Shown: one piece after another, positions 9,710-18,980 of the stretch
Position numbering within the stretch: position 1 is the first letter of the stretch
Layout: each line of letters begins with the position of its first letter
DNA from: a candidate division WWE3 bacterium RIFOXYC1_FULL_40_10
Lineage (GTDB): Bacteria; Patescibacteriota; WWE3; UBA101185; UBA10185
Reading direction: 5' to 3'
Length of the DNA: 64,000 bases
Assembly (NCBI GenBank): GCA_001773215.1
Contig: MEWB01000001.1
Coordinates: 69,964 to 133,963 of the forward strand
The notes under the pieces: generated by a model
Databases searched by the model: none
The model's input: only the letters and a program-made list of their open reading frames with translations
What the model was told of the DNA's origin: nothing
Program-made: the position numbers and the translations under genes

Positions 9710-10360
9710 ATGATGCCAAAACAAGACATGATAAAGAACACTAAAAAGCTAATAGTTTTAGCCTTATCCGTAGTTTTCTTCATGGCTACCAAGCAGCCCG
9801 TTTTGGCTGATTGCGAGCCTAATTACGGTGGAGGAGAGACTTGTGTAGTTAATAAGAGATTTGAGATTAAGAAAGAAGTAAGACTTGAAGGAGAAGATAC
9901 TTGGAAAGACAAGATTACAGACGTTAAAGAAGGCGATGTAATTGAGTTTAGAATCAAGATCAAAAACCTATCTGATGATGAAGCCGAAGACTTTATCGAC
10001 TTCGACGATATGGAGATGAAAGACATTCTTCCCGATGAGCTATATAGAATAGGGGGAGACCAGTTGAAAGAACAGTTCGATAACTTTAAACCGGGTGAAA
10101 CTGAAGAATTCATCATAAAGGTTAAAGTTGACGAGGCTGAATTTGACACTACTGAGTCCTTTGAGAAGTGTGTTGTAAACAAAGCTGAAATTTATTGGGA
10201 TGATAACTTTGAGGGTGCTGACACTGCCATAGTTTGTTATGGTATTGGAACTCCTCAGGAACTTCCCAAGACCGGTTTTGGATCAACTATGACACTTATC
10301 GGAATAGCCTTAATTGGCACAGGACTTGTTTTATTCAAGTCTAAGAAACTTGCTAGATAA
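9710..10360 (+). CDS. Sortase-anchored surface protein (DUF11-like Ig domain, LPKTG sorting signal)
   Basis: Signal peptide ending VLA-D; IKKEV, GDVIEFRIKIKN, DILP, VVNKA; ELPKTG + TM + KSKKLAR tail; start 9710 or 9728. Confidence 0.85.
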   Translation: MMPKQDMIKNTKKLIVLALSVVFFMATKQPVLADCEPNYGGGETCVVNKRFEIKKEVRLEGEDTWKDKITDVKEGDVIEFRIKIKNLSDDEAEDFIDFDDMEMKDILPDELYRIGGDQLKEQFDNFKPGETEEFIIKVKVDEAEFDTTESFEKCVVNKAEIYWDDNFEGADTAIVCYGIGTPQELPKTGFGSTMTLIGIALIGTGLVLFKSKKLAR

Positions 10361-10478
10361 TCTAGCCTAATAGGAACGGAGGCCGCGCTACGCGCGGCCT
10401 CATCCTAGCTAAGTTCCGGGACAGAATGGTTGGGTTGGGGTAATACCCGTACGCGACCATTCTGTTCTGGGTCTTAGT

Positions 10479-11192
10479 ATGGCTCCCTCCCTCAAACCTA
10501 TGAAAAAAAGAAGATTTATAAATTTTAGACACCTGTTTTTACCTGCTGTACTGCTAGGGGTCTGTATGCTTTTGTCACTATTTCTCATATGGGATTTTTT
10601 GCCCAAACCTCCTATTGAATCAAATTTAGAAAATAGGCTTAGTATTACGGATTTATCAGTATTTTCTGAATTAACTGAGCCGGTTTATTTTCCTGCTGAA
10701 ATAATTACTATTCCCGGTACAAATATAGCCACTACTTTAGATAGAGTAGGCGTATTAGATGACGGCACTCTTGAGGCGCCTGAGGCATGGAATAAGGGTG
10801 GCTGGCTCTTCTCAAGTTCTAAACCGGGCCAAGTAGGAAATTTAATAATTGATGGCCACTACGATGATAATTTTGGCAAACCTGCTGTTTTTTGGGAGTT
10901 GAAAAAAGTAAAGCCAGGTGATAAAGTGATTGTGACTGATGGTGCAGGTGAGGATTTTGTTTACATTGTTAGCAAGGTATATTTTCTCGACATTGACAGC
11001 TCCGAAAAATCTAGAGTGTTTTCCTCCAACGAGAAGGTGGCTACTATAACTTTGATTACTTGCGGGGGAGTTTGGCTACCAGGGGAGTCAACTTACAGCA
11101 AAAGGCTAATAGTTTCAGGAGTTTTGGATTCCGGCGCAAATGGGTTGGCCAAGGCCTTGATGAGTTATTATGTTGCAAGTTATGTTAATTAA
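10479..11192 (+). CDS. Class F sortase
   Basis: N-terminal TM; KPGQVGNLIIDGHYD (His), LITCGG (Cys), SKRLIV (Arg). Confidence 0.9.
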   Translation: MAPSLKPMKKRRFINFRHLFLPAVLLGVCMLLSLFLIWDFLPKPPIESNLENRLSITDLSVFSELTEPVYFPAEIITIPGTNIATTLDRVGVLDDGTLEAPEAWNKGGWLFSSSKPGQVGNLIIDGHYDDNFGKPAVFWELKKVKPGDKVIVTDGAGEDFVYIVSKVYFLDIDSSEKSRVFSSNEKVATITLITCGGVWLPGESTYSKRLIVSGVLDSGANGLAKALMSYYVASYVN

Positions 11193-11195
11193 TGT

Positions 11196-11261
11196 GGATC
11201 ATATCTGAGGCCGGGAGGTAGCTCGGGGCAGTGGCTATCTCCCGACCCTAGATATAGATCC
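11196..11261 (+). promoter_or_regulatory. Long hairpin in the rho 5' region
   Basis: GGATC.ATATCT..CGGGAGGTAGC / GCTATCTCCCG..AGATAT.GATCC. Confidence 0.5.
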
Positions 11262-11313
11262 TGCGGTGGTCGCTGGTCCCTTCTAGAGAACGTAAAAATT
11301 TTCCATAATAAAT

Positions 11314-12540
11314 ATGCCAGTAAAAAAACAAAATATGGTTTCCGACTATGATACAAAATTGACTAATGGTCGTTCTAAAAGAAGCATGGACGATAATAAT
11401 AACGGTGACACCCCTTACTATAATGGGGAAGTAATACCTGTAAAGGGGCTACTGGAGGTCCTTACGGACTTTGGTCTTATCAAACAGAATATTAAAGTGG
11501 ATAGCGACCTTCCAAAAGATGTATATATAAGCCATTCGCAGATAAAAAGACTTAATTTAAGAATGGGTGATTTAGTTGAGGGTTTTGCTCGTCCCCCAAA
11601 AGAAGGTGAAAGATATCTTTCCATATTGAGAGTAGAGAAGGTGGAAGGTATTAACCCCGATGAGGCGAGAAGAAGGCCGCGTTTTAAGGATATGACGCCC
11701 ATTTACCCAAATTCTTGGATGAGACTGGAAACTGAAAAGGATATTGTGTCCACCAGGCTTATAGACATAATTTCACCTATAGGAAAAGGACAGAGAGCTA
11801 TGTTGGTAGCCCCGCCTAAAGGTGGAAAAACTTGGTTACTTAGAGATGTGGCCAACGGTATAACCGCAAACTACCCTGATATCATTCTTATGGTTGCTCT
11901 GATAGGTGAGAGACCTGAAGAAGTCACTCACTTTAGTAGGAGTGTTAAAGGTGAGGTTTTTTCAAGTAATTTCGACGAAAGGGCTGAGGACCAAACTAGA
12001 GTTGCCGAGCTTTGCTTGGAAAGAGCTAAGAGATTCGCTGAAGAAGGAAAAGATGTTGTTATACTTATGGACTCTATAACAAGACTTGCGAGGGCTTACA
12101 ATATGGTAGCTCCTCCATCGGGGAGAACCTTAACGGGTGGATTTGACCCTGCAGCCTTGTATCCTGCAAAGCACTTCTTTGGTGCTGCAAGAAACTTTGA
12201 AGAGGGTGGTAGCTTGACAATAATTGCTACGGCTTTGGTGGAAACCGGTTCCAGGATGGACGATGTTATTTTCGAGGAGTTTAAGGGTACCGGAAATATG
12301 GAGCTGAAGTTGGATAGGAATTTAGCCAATAAGAGAGTTTTCCCGGCTATAGATATTAAGAATAGTAGCACCCGTCATGAAGAGTACCTGTTTAATAAGT
12401 CTACTTTGGAAAGTATTTTCAGACTTCGTCGAATGGTCGACTTGCTTGATGACCACGAAGCGACTGAGTTGGTAATAGAACAGTTGAAAAAAACCAAAAA
12501 CAACGATGAATTCCTGAGTAATTTAATTAAAGCTAACTAA
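11314..12540 (+). CDS. rho: Transcription termination factor Rho
   Basis: DVYISHSQI, PIGKGQR, APPKGGKT, ERPEEVT, DSITRLARAYN, FEEFKGTGNMEL. Confidence 0.98.
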   Translation: MPVKKQNMVSDYDTKLTNGRSKRSMDDNNNGDTPYYNGEVIPVKGLLEVLTDFGLIKQNIKVDSDLPKDVYISHSQIKRLNLRMGDLVEGFARPPKEGERYLSILRVEKVEGINPDEARRRPRFKDMTPIYPNSWMRLETEKDIVSTRLIDIISPIGKGQRAMLVAPPKGGKTWLLRDVANGITANYPDIILMVALIGERPEEVTHFSRSVKGEVFSSNFDERAEDQTRVAELCLERAKRFAEEGKDVVILMDSITRLARAYNMVAPPSGRTLTGGFDPAALYPAKHFFGAARNFEEGGSLTIIATALVETGSRMDDVIFEEFKGTGNMELKLDRNLANKRVFPAIDIKNSSTRHEEYLFNKSTLESIFRLRRMVDLLDDHEATELVIEQLKKTKNNDEFLSNLIKAN

Positions 12541-12555
12541 ATTTTAGCCGACATA

Positions 12556-12590
12556 GAAGGTCCCCGCAAAATGCGGGGACTTCTGTTTTG
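12556..12590 (+). terminator. Intrinsic terminator after rho
   Basis: AGAAGGTCCCCGCA-AAA-TGCGGGGACTTCT then GTTTT. Confidence 0.75.
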
Positions 12591-12606
12591 GGGTAGAATA
12601 TACAAC

Positions 12607-13896
12607 ATGACTGGGTCTAATAATAACGCTCTGGATCAGATATCAACACTAAGAGAGAAAACATGGAAGTGGGCAAAAAAGGCCAGAGAAAGTTTAATAT
12701 CAGGAAGCCTATTTACACTTAAAAAACCTGTATCTAAAAGATTTTTTCAACTTGGTTTTGTGAGCTTTAAGCCTGAGGGAAAGTCGAAGATAGAGCAATT
12801 TTTGAACATCTGGCTGGAATTTTTCAAGAGACTGGCCTTATACGGCTGGAACAAGCTTTATGCTTTATTATATATAATCCCCAGGTTGGTTAGATTCCTT
12901 CTGAAGTTTCCTCCTCAATTTAAGGAGTACCTGGTAAGAAAACTCATATGGTCGAGGGGGAAGTTAGGCAGATCGATTGCTACATGGTTTATATTATTGG
13001 TCAGTTTTTCAGTGTTTTTCGTGGGAGAGGTATTCAGCGGATCCACTTTGGTGTTTGAGCAGAAGGTTCAGGCGGACTATTTATCAACTCCAACAGATAT
13101 TATTCCTAAAAAGGAAGTAGCCCTTACAACCGTTCCGGAAGAGAGAAAAAAAGCTGAAGCTTTTATTTATTCTGTTCAATCAGGAGATACGTTGTATTCG
13201 ATTGGTAGTAAATTTAAAATTTCAGTAGACGCTTTGGAGTATGTGAATGGATTGAGTGATATCACCGTATTGAAGGTGGGGCAGGAACTCACAATTCCAC
13301 CTTCCTTGGGATTAATTCACACTGTGAAGTCAGGAGATTCCTTATCTTCAATTGCGCTAAAGTATGACGTTGCTGTACAGGCAATTGCAGATTTCAACTA
13401 TTTGTTTGAGTCTACGGGTTTGGCAGTGGGTACTGAGTTAGTAATACCGGGAGCAAAGATTCCGGTGGCTCCTGTGATAATCCCTGTCACACCATCAAGC
13501 CCCTCAACAACCGTTGGTCCGAATAAGTCCCTGTGTGTATGGCCTACAACAGTTAGATATATATCACAGTATTTCAGCTGGTATCATAATGGTTTGGACA
13601 TAGCCAGTTCAGCGTCGGGTCCTATGCCCCCTTTGCTTACATGTGCCTCTGGGACTGTAGTAAGAGCAGGGTGGGATCCCTTCGGCTTAGGGTTACATGT
13701 TAGGATTGATCATGGAAATGGGTATGAAACGGTGTATGGCCACATGAGTAGAATAGATGTGAGCTATGGGGAAAAGATAAGCAGAGGAGAAGTTATTGGG
13801 TTAATGGGAAGTACCGGAAACTCCACGGGACCTCATATCCACTTTATCGTAAAATATAATGGTGTTGCTCAAAACCCGCTAGATTTCACAAATTAA
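12607..13896 (+). CDS. Membrane-anchored LysM x2 / M23 peptidoglycan endopeptidase
   Basis: Two LysM repeats (YSVQSGDTL, HTVKSGDSL); M23 motifs HNGLD, YGHM, STGPHIHF. Confidence 0.92.
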   Translation: MTGSNNNALDQISTLREKTWKWAKKARESLISGSLFTLKKPVSKRFFQLGFVSFKPEGKSKIEQFLNIWLEFFKRLALYGWNKLYALLYIIPRLVRFLLKFPPQFKEYLVRKLIWSRGKLGRSIATWFILLVSFSVFFVGEVFSGSTLVFEQKVQADYLSTPTDIIPKKEVALTTVPEERKKAEAFIYSVQSGDTLYSIGSKFKISVDALEYVNGLSDITVLKVGQELTIPPSLGLIHTVKSGDSLSSIALKYDVAVQAIADFNYLFESTGLAVGTELVIPGAKIPVAPVIIPVTPSSPSTTVGPNKSLCVWPTTVRYISQYFSWYHNGLDIASSASGPMPPLLTCASGTVVRAGWDPFGLGLHVRIDHGNGYETVYGHMSRIDVSYGEKISRGEVIGLMGSTGNSTGPHIHFIVKYNGVAQNPLDFTN

Positions 13897-13919
13897 CATA
13901 TAAATGGGATAATGCTTGC

Positions 13920-15044
13920 GTGATAGATATTACCGATATCAAAATTAAAGCAGGGGATGGCGGCAATGGGGCAGTAACTTTTAGAAGGGCACGTTTCGTG
14001 CCTAAAGGTGGACCCGATGGTGGAGATGGGGGCAAAGGCGGGGACATCTATTTCATAGCAAGTCATAATATGTCGACGTTATCGGATTTTAGAACCCGGC
14101 GTAAATATTTTGCAGAGCCTGGTAATCCTGGAGCAAAAAAGAACATGTTTGGTAAAGATGGTGTGGATTTATTTATCAAAGTGCCGGTAGGTACTCTTGT
14201 GTATGAAAAGGGGCAAGAAGGTTTTGTATTAGTTTCTGATATGACTACTGCTGACACAAAGTTTTTAGTGGCAAAGGGAGGAAAAGGTGGAAAGGGTAAT
14301 GCACGATTTAAGAGCTCGACAAACCAGGCTCCTACGCAATACACCCCTGGGCAACTTGGGGAGAAAAAGGATATTAGGCTTGAAATTAAGTTGATTGCTG
14401 ACGTTGGGCTTGTAGGTGCGCCTAATGTTGGAAAAAGTACGTTAATTAATCGCGTTACCGGGGCGAAGGCAAAGGTAGCCAATTATCCCTTTACTACACT
14501 GGAGCCTAATCTGGGGGTGTGCAATTATATGGATAGTTTTTCATTTATTATCGCAGATATTCCTGGTTTAATAGAGGGTGCTTCCGAGGGTAAGGGCTTG
14601 GGTGATGACTTTTTAAGGCACGTCGAAAGAACGAGACTGCTAGTTCATTTGATAGATCCGCTGTCGCTTGGGACTGAAGATCTTGTAACTAACTCGATAA
14701 CGTCTTATGAAACAATAAGAAAAGAACTGAAAGAGTATGGTGCATCTCTCGAGGATAAGCCGGAAATTGTATTGGTAAACAAAGTCGATGTCACAGAAAT
14801 CTATGAAAATTTAGAGGCCATAAAGAAAGCTTTTGAAACTAAATTTGGGTTTTCTCCCAGTGGGGTTTCAGCGGTGACGGGGCAGGGAGTAAAGGAGTTG
14901 GTGGACTTAATTGCTGCTAAATTGAAAGCTATTCCTCAGGGGAAGCCTTTCGAATCCGAGAAGCCAGTGAAAATATTCACAATAGGGGATTTACCTAATA
15001 GGCGAATCGTTTTCGGACACACATCGGTATTGGAAAAGGAGTGA
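13920..15044 (+). CDS. obgE: GTPase ObgE
   Basis: Gly-rich Obg fold, GAPNVGKST, YPFTT, DIPG, NKVD. Confidence 0.98.
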   Translation: MIDITDIKIKAGDGGNGAVTFRRARFVPKGGPDGGDGGKGGDIYFIASHNMSTLSDFRTRRKYFAEPGNPGAKKNMFGKDGVDLFIKVPVGTLVYEKGQEGFVLVSDMTTADTKFLVAKGGKGGKGNARFKSSTNQAPTQYTPGQLGEKKDIRLEIKLIADVGLVGAPNVGKSTLINRVTGAKAKVANYPFTTLEPNLGVCNYMDSFSFIIADIPGLIEGASEGKGLGDDFLRHVERTRLLVHLIDPLSLGTEDLVTNSITSYETIRKELKEYGASLEDKPEIVLVNKVDVTEIYENLEAIKKAFETKFGFSPSGVSAVTGQGVKELVDLIAAKLKAIPQGKPFESEKPVKIFTIGDLPNRRIVFGHTSVLEKE

Positions 15045-15070
15045 TCATTTGGTATAAATAAGTATTGCTT

Positions 15071-15146
15071 GGGCCGTTAGCTTAGTTGGTAGAGCGCTTC
15101 CATGGCATGGAAGAGGTCAGCGGTTCGAATCCGCTACGGTCCACCA
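15071..15146 (+). tRNA. tRNA-Ala(GGC)
   Basis: Cloverleaf, anticodon GGC, G3:U70, GTTCGAATC, encoded CCA. Confidence 0.97.
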
Positions 15147-15195
15147 ATTACCAAAATCAGTATTTACTCTTGGAACTGAATTAGAAGTAAGAGAG

Positions 15196-15426
15196 TTAGA
15201 AAGCGTAAGTTCTAGATGATATGGGAAGTGGTTTTCTACATTTAGGACACACATATACACTGTGTTCTGTGATAAATCCTCCTTTAACAGGTATCTCTTC
15301 TATCTCGATAATCTCAACACCACAATAAGGACACGAAAACTTTGCTTCTTTAGATTTCGCTACATTTATTTTGTTCATGAGACAATCATACTCGGGTATA
15401 ATACTGGAAACAATTGGTTCCGACAT
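15196..15426 (-). CDS. Small zinc-ribbon protein
   Basis: CPYCG...CPKCR. Confidence 0.6.
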   Translation of the reverse strand: MSEPIVSSIIPEYDCLMNKINVAKSKEAKFSCPYCGVEIIEIEEIPVKGGFITEHSVYVCPKCRKPLPISSRTYAF

Positions 15427-15453
15427 AGTCCAGAATGTCTCACCATTAAATAA

Positions 15454-17667
15454 TCACTTAATTTGATCGATCGATTCTTCTCCGACTTTTACCAATTGTT
15501 CTTGGGGGGCAGTAGACTCTGTGGAGCCTGAAATTTCCTCTACAGTGGGTTTCTGGGTTGTTGCACCTGCTACCTGTTGTAGTTTCTGGTCTATCGCGGC
15601 TAACTCTTCCTGAACCTTTGTAGAGTCTCCGGATTCCGGAGCTACCAGTTTTTGAACAATTTCCATCTCTCTTTTAGCGTTCGCATAGTCCTCAAGCATA
15701 ACCAGGGCTTGGGCAAAGTTGTAGTGCGCATTTGCGTAGTCAGGCTTAAGATTTGTTGCCTGTCTAAATTGGTTAGCCGCCGACAGATAATCCTTTTTTG
15801 AAAAGAAAATTCCGCCGATATCCAATCGTATCTTTGGGTTTGTGGGGTCTAGTTGGAGAGCAGTATTGTAAGATTGCAGTGCTAATTCAGCAGCGTTCTC
15901 AGCTGTAGTTGTAAGATTCCTGTAGATGCCGGCTCTTACCAACCATCCCTGTGAATTGAAAGGATTCGTTTTCTCGGTTGCATTCTGAGAGCTTTTTATT
16001 GCTTGGGATACTAAGTTTTTAATTGTGTTTTCGTCCTCACTTGATAAGCTTTCCTTTCCCGCTATAACGTTTGCAAGCAAAATGTTTGTTTGAGCATATG
16101 ACAGCTGGTAGTTTTCCCTTTTTGGGTTTAGGATTATCGCTTTTTGTTGAGAATCATACATTTTTGAAGCGTCATTTTGAGTGGCAGCTACAACAGACTT
16201 TCTCATATAGTATTCCGCTGAATAAGCTTTGATCTGCAGAAATCCAAAGTAGCCGGTTAGGGCTAGCAGGGGAGCCATTACTATGTATTTAAAGTGTTCC
16301 TTTCTTATAATTGCTTCACTATCCTGCCATAAAGATGATGTATTGGCCAGCATGGTGAGTTCCATAGAAAATCCCCTGACAGTTTCTATATTTCCTGCTA
16401 AGGCATAACTTGCTATTAATTGTCCTAAGAGACCAAGGAGTAAAAATGTGTTGAGTACTGTTGCATAAGTAAACATAAAAGATATAGCTATTACGACACT
16501 CAATACGGTTGGAATTACTAGTTCATCCTGTGATCTGGCAAGGCTGATACCTTCTTTCAATATTTTTATAAGTGCCAAGGAGAACAGTATTAGAGCCAGC
16601 AATCCAAGTAGCCCAAAATTTCCTAATACGTTCAATACCTCGTTTGCAGGTTTATCGAAATTGACCATCCAGTTTGAGCTCATATTTTGCGATAAGCTCT
16701 TGTATCTCGGATAGTTAAGATAGAAAGTAGAAGGGCCTGTTCCCAATAGGGGATAGTCTCTTACTGTGGCAGTAGTTATTCCCCAGCTCTCTTTTAGATT
16801 TAGTTGTATCTCTTTTGGAAAGTTAGAATTTATCATCACCGAACGAGTAGTAGGAACCAAAGTAATAGCCATGATTCCAAAGATAACACCGGCTGTTAGG
16901 AGGAAGGAAAACGTATTTCCGGGGGACTTTCTAAGCTTCATGGTAACTGTTAATGCTAATACACCGACTATGCTCAAAATCCAGCCAAAAGTAGTTCCGG
17001 TAATAGCTAGGTAGAAGAAGTTGATAATAATTGCGGTTACGGAACTTACCTTATCCGGAAGCTTTCGGCCCGTATTTAAGAACACCAGCCCTGAAATAAA
17101 CCCAATTGTTGCAAGTAAAACAGATGCTGTAATTGAGCCTGCCATACTGAATGCCGGGTTTTTTAGAAACGAAAAATTGGTAGGGTTAATTCCGTAGTAA
17201 CTTAAAACTGAGACAAATGATGATAAAGTTACAGCGGCCAGCAATAATTTGCTCACTGTGGAGACACTTTTAAGACTTTTTATTAAAGGAGTTCCAATGT
17301 AGAAAAAAACCAATAGGGTGATTCCGGAGAAAAGGCCGGGAAACCAGCGACCGTACTCGCCATAGATGCTAGAGTTTTTGTCCAGTGAGAAGATAGTAGC
17401 CAGTATTAAGATGGAGAGAGCGAGGACAATAGGGAAGTCTAGAGGAGACTTTATTAATTCGACCTTGTCTCCAAGTGCAGCTCTCACTGCAGTTAAGATC
17501 ACTAGAAGAATAACAGATGCTATCAATAGATAAAGCTTGTTAAATTCAAAAAACTCTGTAGTTATAGGCAGGAAGAATATCGGGATTAGTGCGAACAGCA
17601 TGGTATACACAACAGTGGAGACCCTTCTTAGTGCAACTATGATGGTATGGGAAGTGGATGTATTCAT
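15454..17667 (-). CDS. O-antigen ligase / O-oligosaccharyltransferase-like membrane protein with C-terminal TPRs
   Basis: ~12 TMs, PLLGTGPSTF, Wzy_C-like region, TPR repeats (ALQLDPTNP, LKPDYANAHYN). Confidence 0.85.
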   Translation of the reverse strand: MNTSTSHTIIVALRRVSTVVYTMLFALIPIFFLPITTEFFEFNKLYLLIASVILLVILTAVRAALGDKVELIKSPLDFPIVLALSILILATIFSLDKNSSIYGEYGRWFPGLFSGITLLVFFYIGTPLIKSLKSVSTVSKLLLAAVTLSSFVSVLSYYGINPTNFSFLKNPAFSMAGSITASVLLATIGFISGLVFLNTGRKLPDKVSSVTAIIINFFYLAITGTTFGWILSIVGVLALTVTMKLRKSPGNTFSFLLTAGVIFGIMAITLVPTTRSVMINSNFPKEIQLNLKESWGITTATVRDYPLLGTGPSTFYLNYPRYKSLSQNMSSNWMVNFDKPANEVLNVLGNFGLLGLLALILFSLALIKILKEGISLARSQDELVIPTVLSVVIAISFMFTYATVLNTFLLLGLLGQLIASYALAGNIETVRGFSMELTMLANTSSLWQDSEAIIRKEHFKYIVMAPLLALTGYFGFLQIKAYSAEYYMRKSVVAATQNDASKMYDSQQKAIILNPKRENYQLSYAQTNILLANVIAGKESLSSEDENTIKNLVSQAIKSSQNATEKTNPFNSQGWLVRAGIYRNLTTTAENAAELALQSYNTALQLDPTNPKIRLDIGGIFFSKKDYLSAANQFRQATNLKPDYANAHYNFAQALVMLEDYANAKREMEIVQKLVAPESGDSTKVQEELAAIDQKLQQVAGATTQKPTVEEISGSTESTAPQEQLVKVGEESIDQIK

Positions 17668-17756
17668 ATGAGGTTAATCATATGTTTGTGAAAGTGTTTG
17701 AGTCAATAGGTAGTTTCCTTTAACGGGAAAAAGCGTAGTTTTACTTTTATTAGAGG

Positions 17757-18416
17757 CTATTTAGTAACCCACCAGTTAAATGAGGTATCAGAATATACCT
17801 TTGTATCAAGTTTTACTACGAACCCTGATTTGTTCTCAGGTTTTTCAACCCAGTACCTGGCGGCAGGGGAGTAATTGTCAAGAAATGTCACATGAACAAA
17901 GCTTGAAGCCGAACTATTAGGGAGCTCAATATAAACCTCGTTTCTATCTTTGGGTACAAAGGATGTTCCATTTTGAAGTATTACACCAAAATTTTGCACA
18001 GGGTTTGGAATTGATTTTGAATATGATTTTCCTATTTTTACTAGTCCTGATTCTGCTAGTAGAACTAAGATGATAATTAGAGCTACTAAAGATACTTTTG
18101 CACTTTTTTGGAATTCCGAGGAATGAAAAATGGATTTAATTCCTTGAGTTTGGTGAAATGATTTAATGTAGGTTCCTATTTTGTCGTTTGCAATATTTTG
18201 TTTTTTTAGTTTCGCGATCTTTTTTAATAGTTCGAGAGCTTCAATAGGGTAGTGGCCTTTTATATGTCCCGTTGAGTTTTTTACTCGTTTCATATTCGGT
18301 AACCAACCCATTTTGGTGAAGTAACGGAGTCTGTTGTAGGCTGTACCTTTTCCTAAATCTATTCCTGCCTTTTCAGCTTCTTCTATAAGTTTGTCCACCT
18401 CAATGAGTTTTTCCAT
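17757..18416 (-). CDS. MerR-like HTH / TM / small extracellular beta-domain protein
   Basis: RLRYFTKMGWLP..GHYP HTH, TM at ~aa 108-125, C-terminal domain ending FNWWV. Confidence 0.7.
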   Translation of the reverse strand: MEKLIEVDKLIEEAEKAGIDLGKGTAYNRLRYFTKMGWLPNMKRVKNSTGHIKGHYPIEALELLKKIAKLKKQNIANDKIGTYIKSFHQTQGIKSIFHSSEFQKSAKVSLVALIIILVLLAESGLVKIGKSYSKSIPNPVQNFGVILQNGTSFVPKDRNEVYIELPNSSASSFVHVTFLDNYSPAARYWVEKPENKSGFVVKLDTKVYSDTSFNWWVTK

Positions 18417-18496
18417 ATCCCCTGATTATATAACATAGCCCGCCTTTATTTCTGGAAACTTGTCATATCGCAATTAATGTTGTATATTCTGTCAGT

Positions 18497-18790
18497 ATGA
18501 AGCTAGAAAAAATATCAAAAGCTTTGTCGGACAAGAATAGGCTTAAAATTATAGAGTTCCTAAGTGAGGGGCAAAAAAATGTAAGTTCCGTTGCCGACAA
18601 ACTGAATGTTGAAGAAAATCTTGCATCCCACCATCTACGAGTATTGTCTGCATTAGGTTTTTTAAAGAGTGATAAGAAAGGTAGGGAAGTGTTTTACAAG
18701 ATAAACGACACCCGACTTATCGCCCTACTTAGAGACCTAAAGAAAAATCAAGCTTTTAGAGAGATTTTAGTTAAGTCGTTAGAAGAATAA
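18497..18790 (+). CDS. ArsR/SmtB family transcriptional regulator
   Basis: KALSDKNRLKII, SHHLRVL, KKGREVFY. Confidence 0.93.
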   Translation: MKLEKISKALSDKNRLKIIEFLSEGQKNVSSVADKLNVEENLASHHLRVLSALGFLKSDKKGREVFYKINDTRLIALLRDLKKNQAFREILVKSLEE

Positions 18791-18980
18791 CCTTATCACC
18801 CACGTGTTAATAATCCATTTAAGTTAGCTACTCCTGTCTGTACGAGTTTTTTCGATCATATTATTGCGGGAATAGTGCGTTAAATATTCTCATAATACTT
18901 ATAAAACAAGCATAAGTCGGGTAGAGATTGCGTTAAATATACGGTAATAAGAGTATTCCAGGGGTAATGGAAATAGCTCT

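Noticed and set aside
18860-18980. THF-riboswitch-like GCGTTAA words
   Set aside because: The rest of the aptamer is absent and the downstream gene is comEA; treated as a DNA repeat instead.
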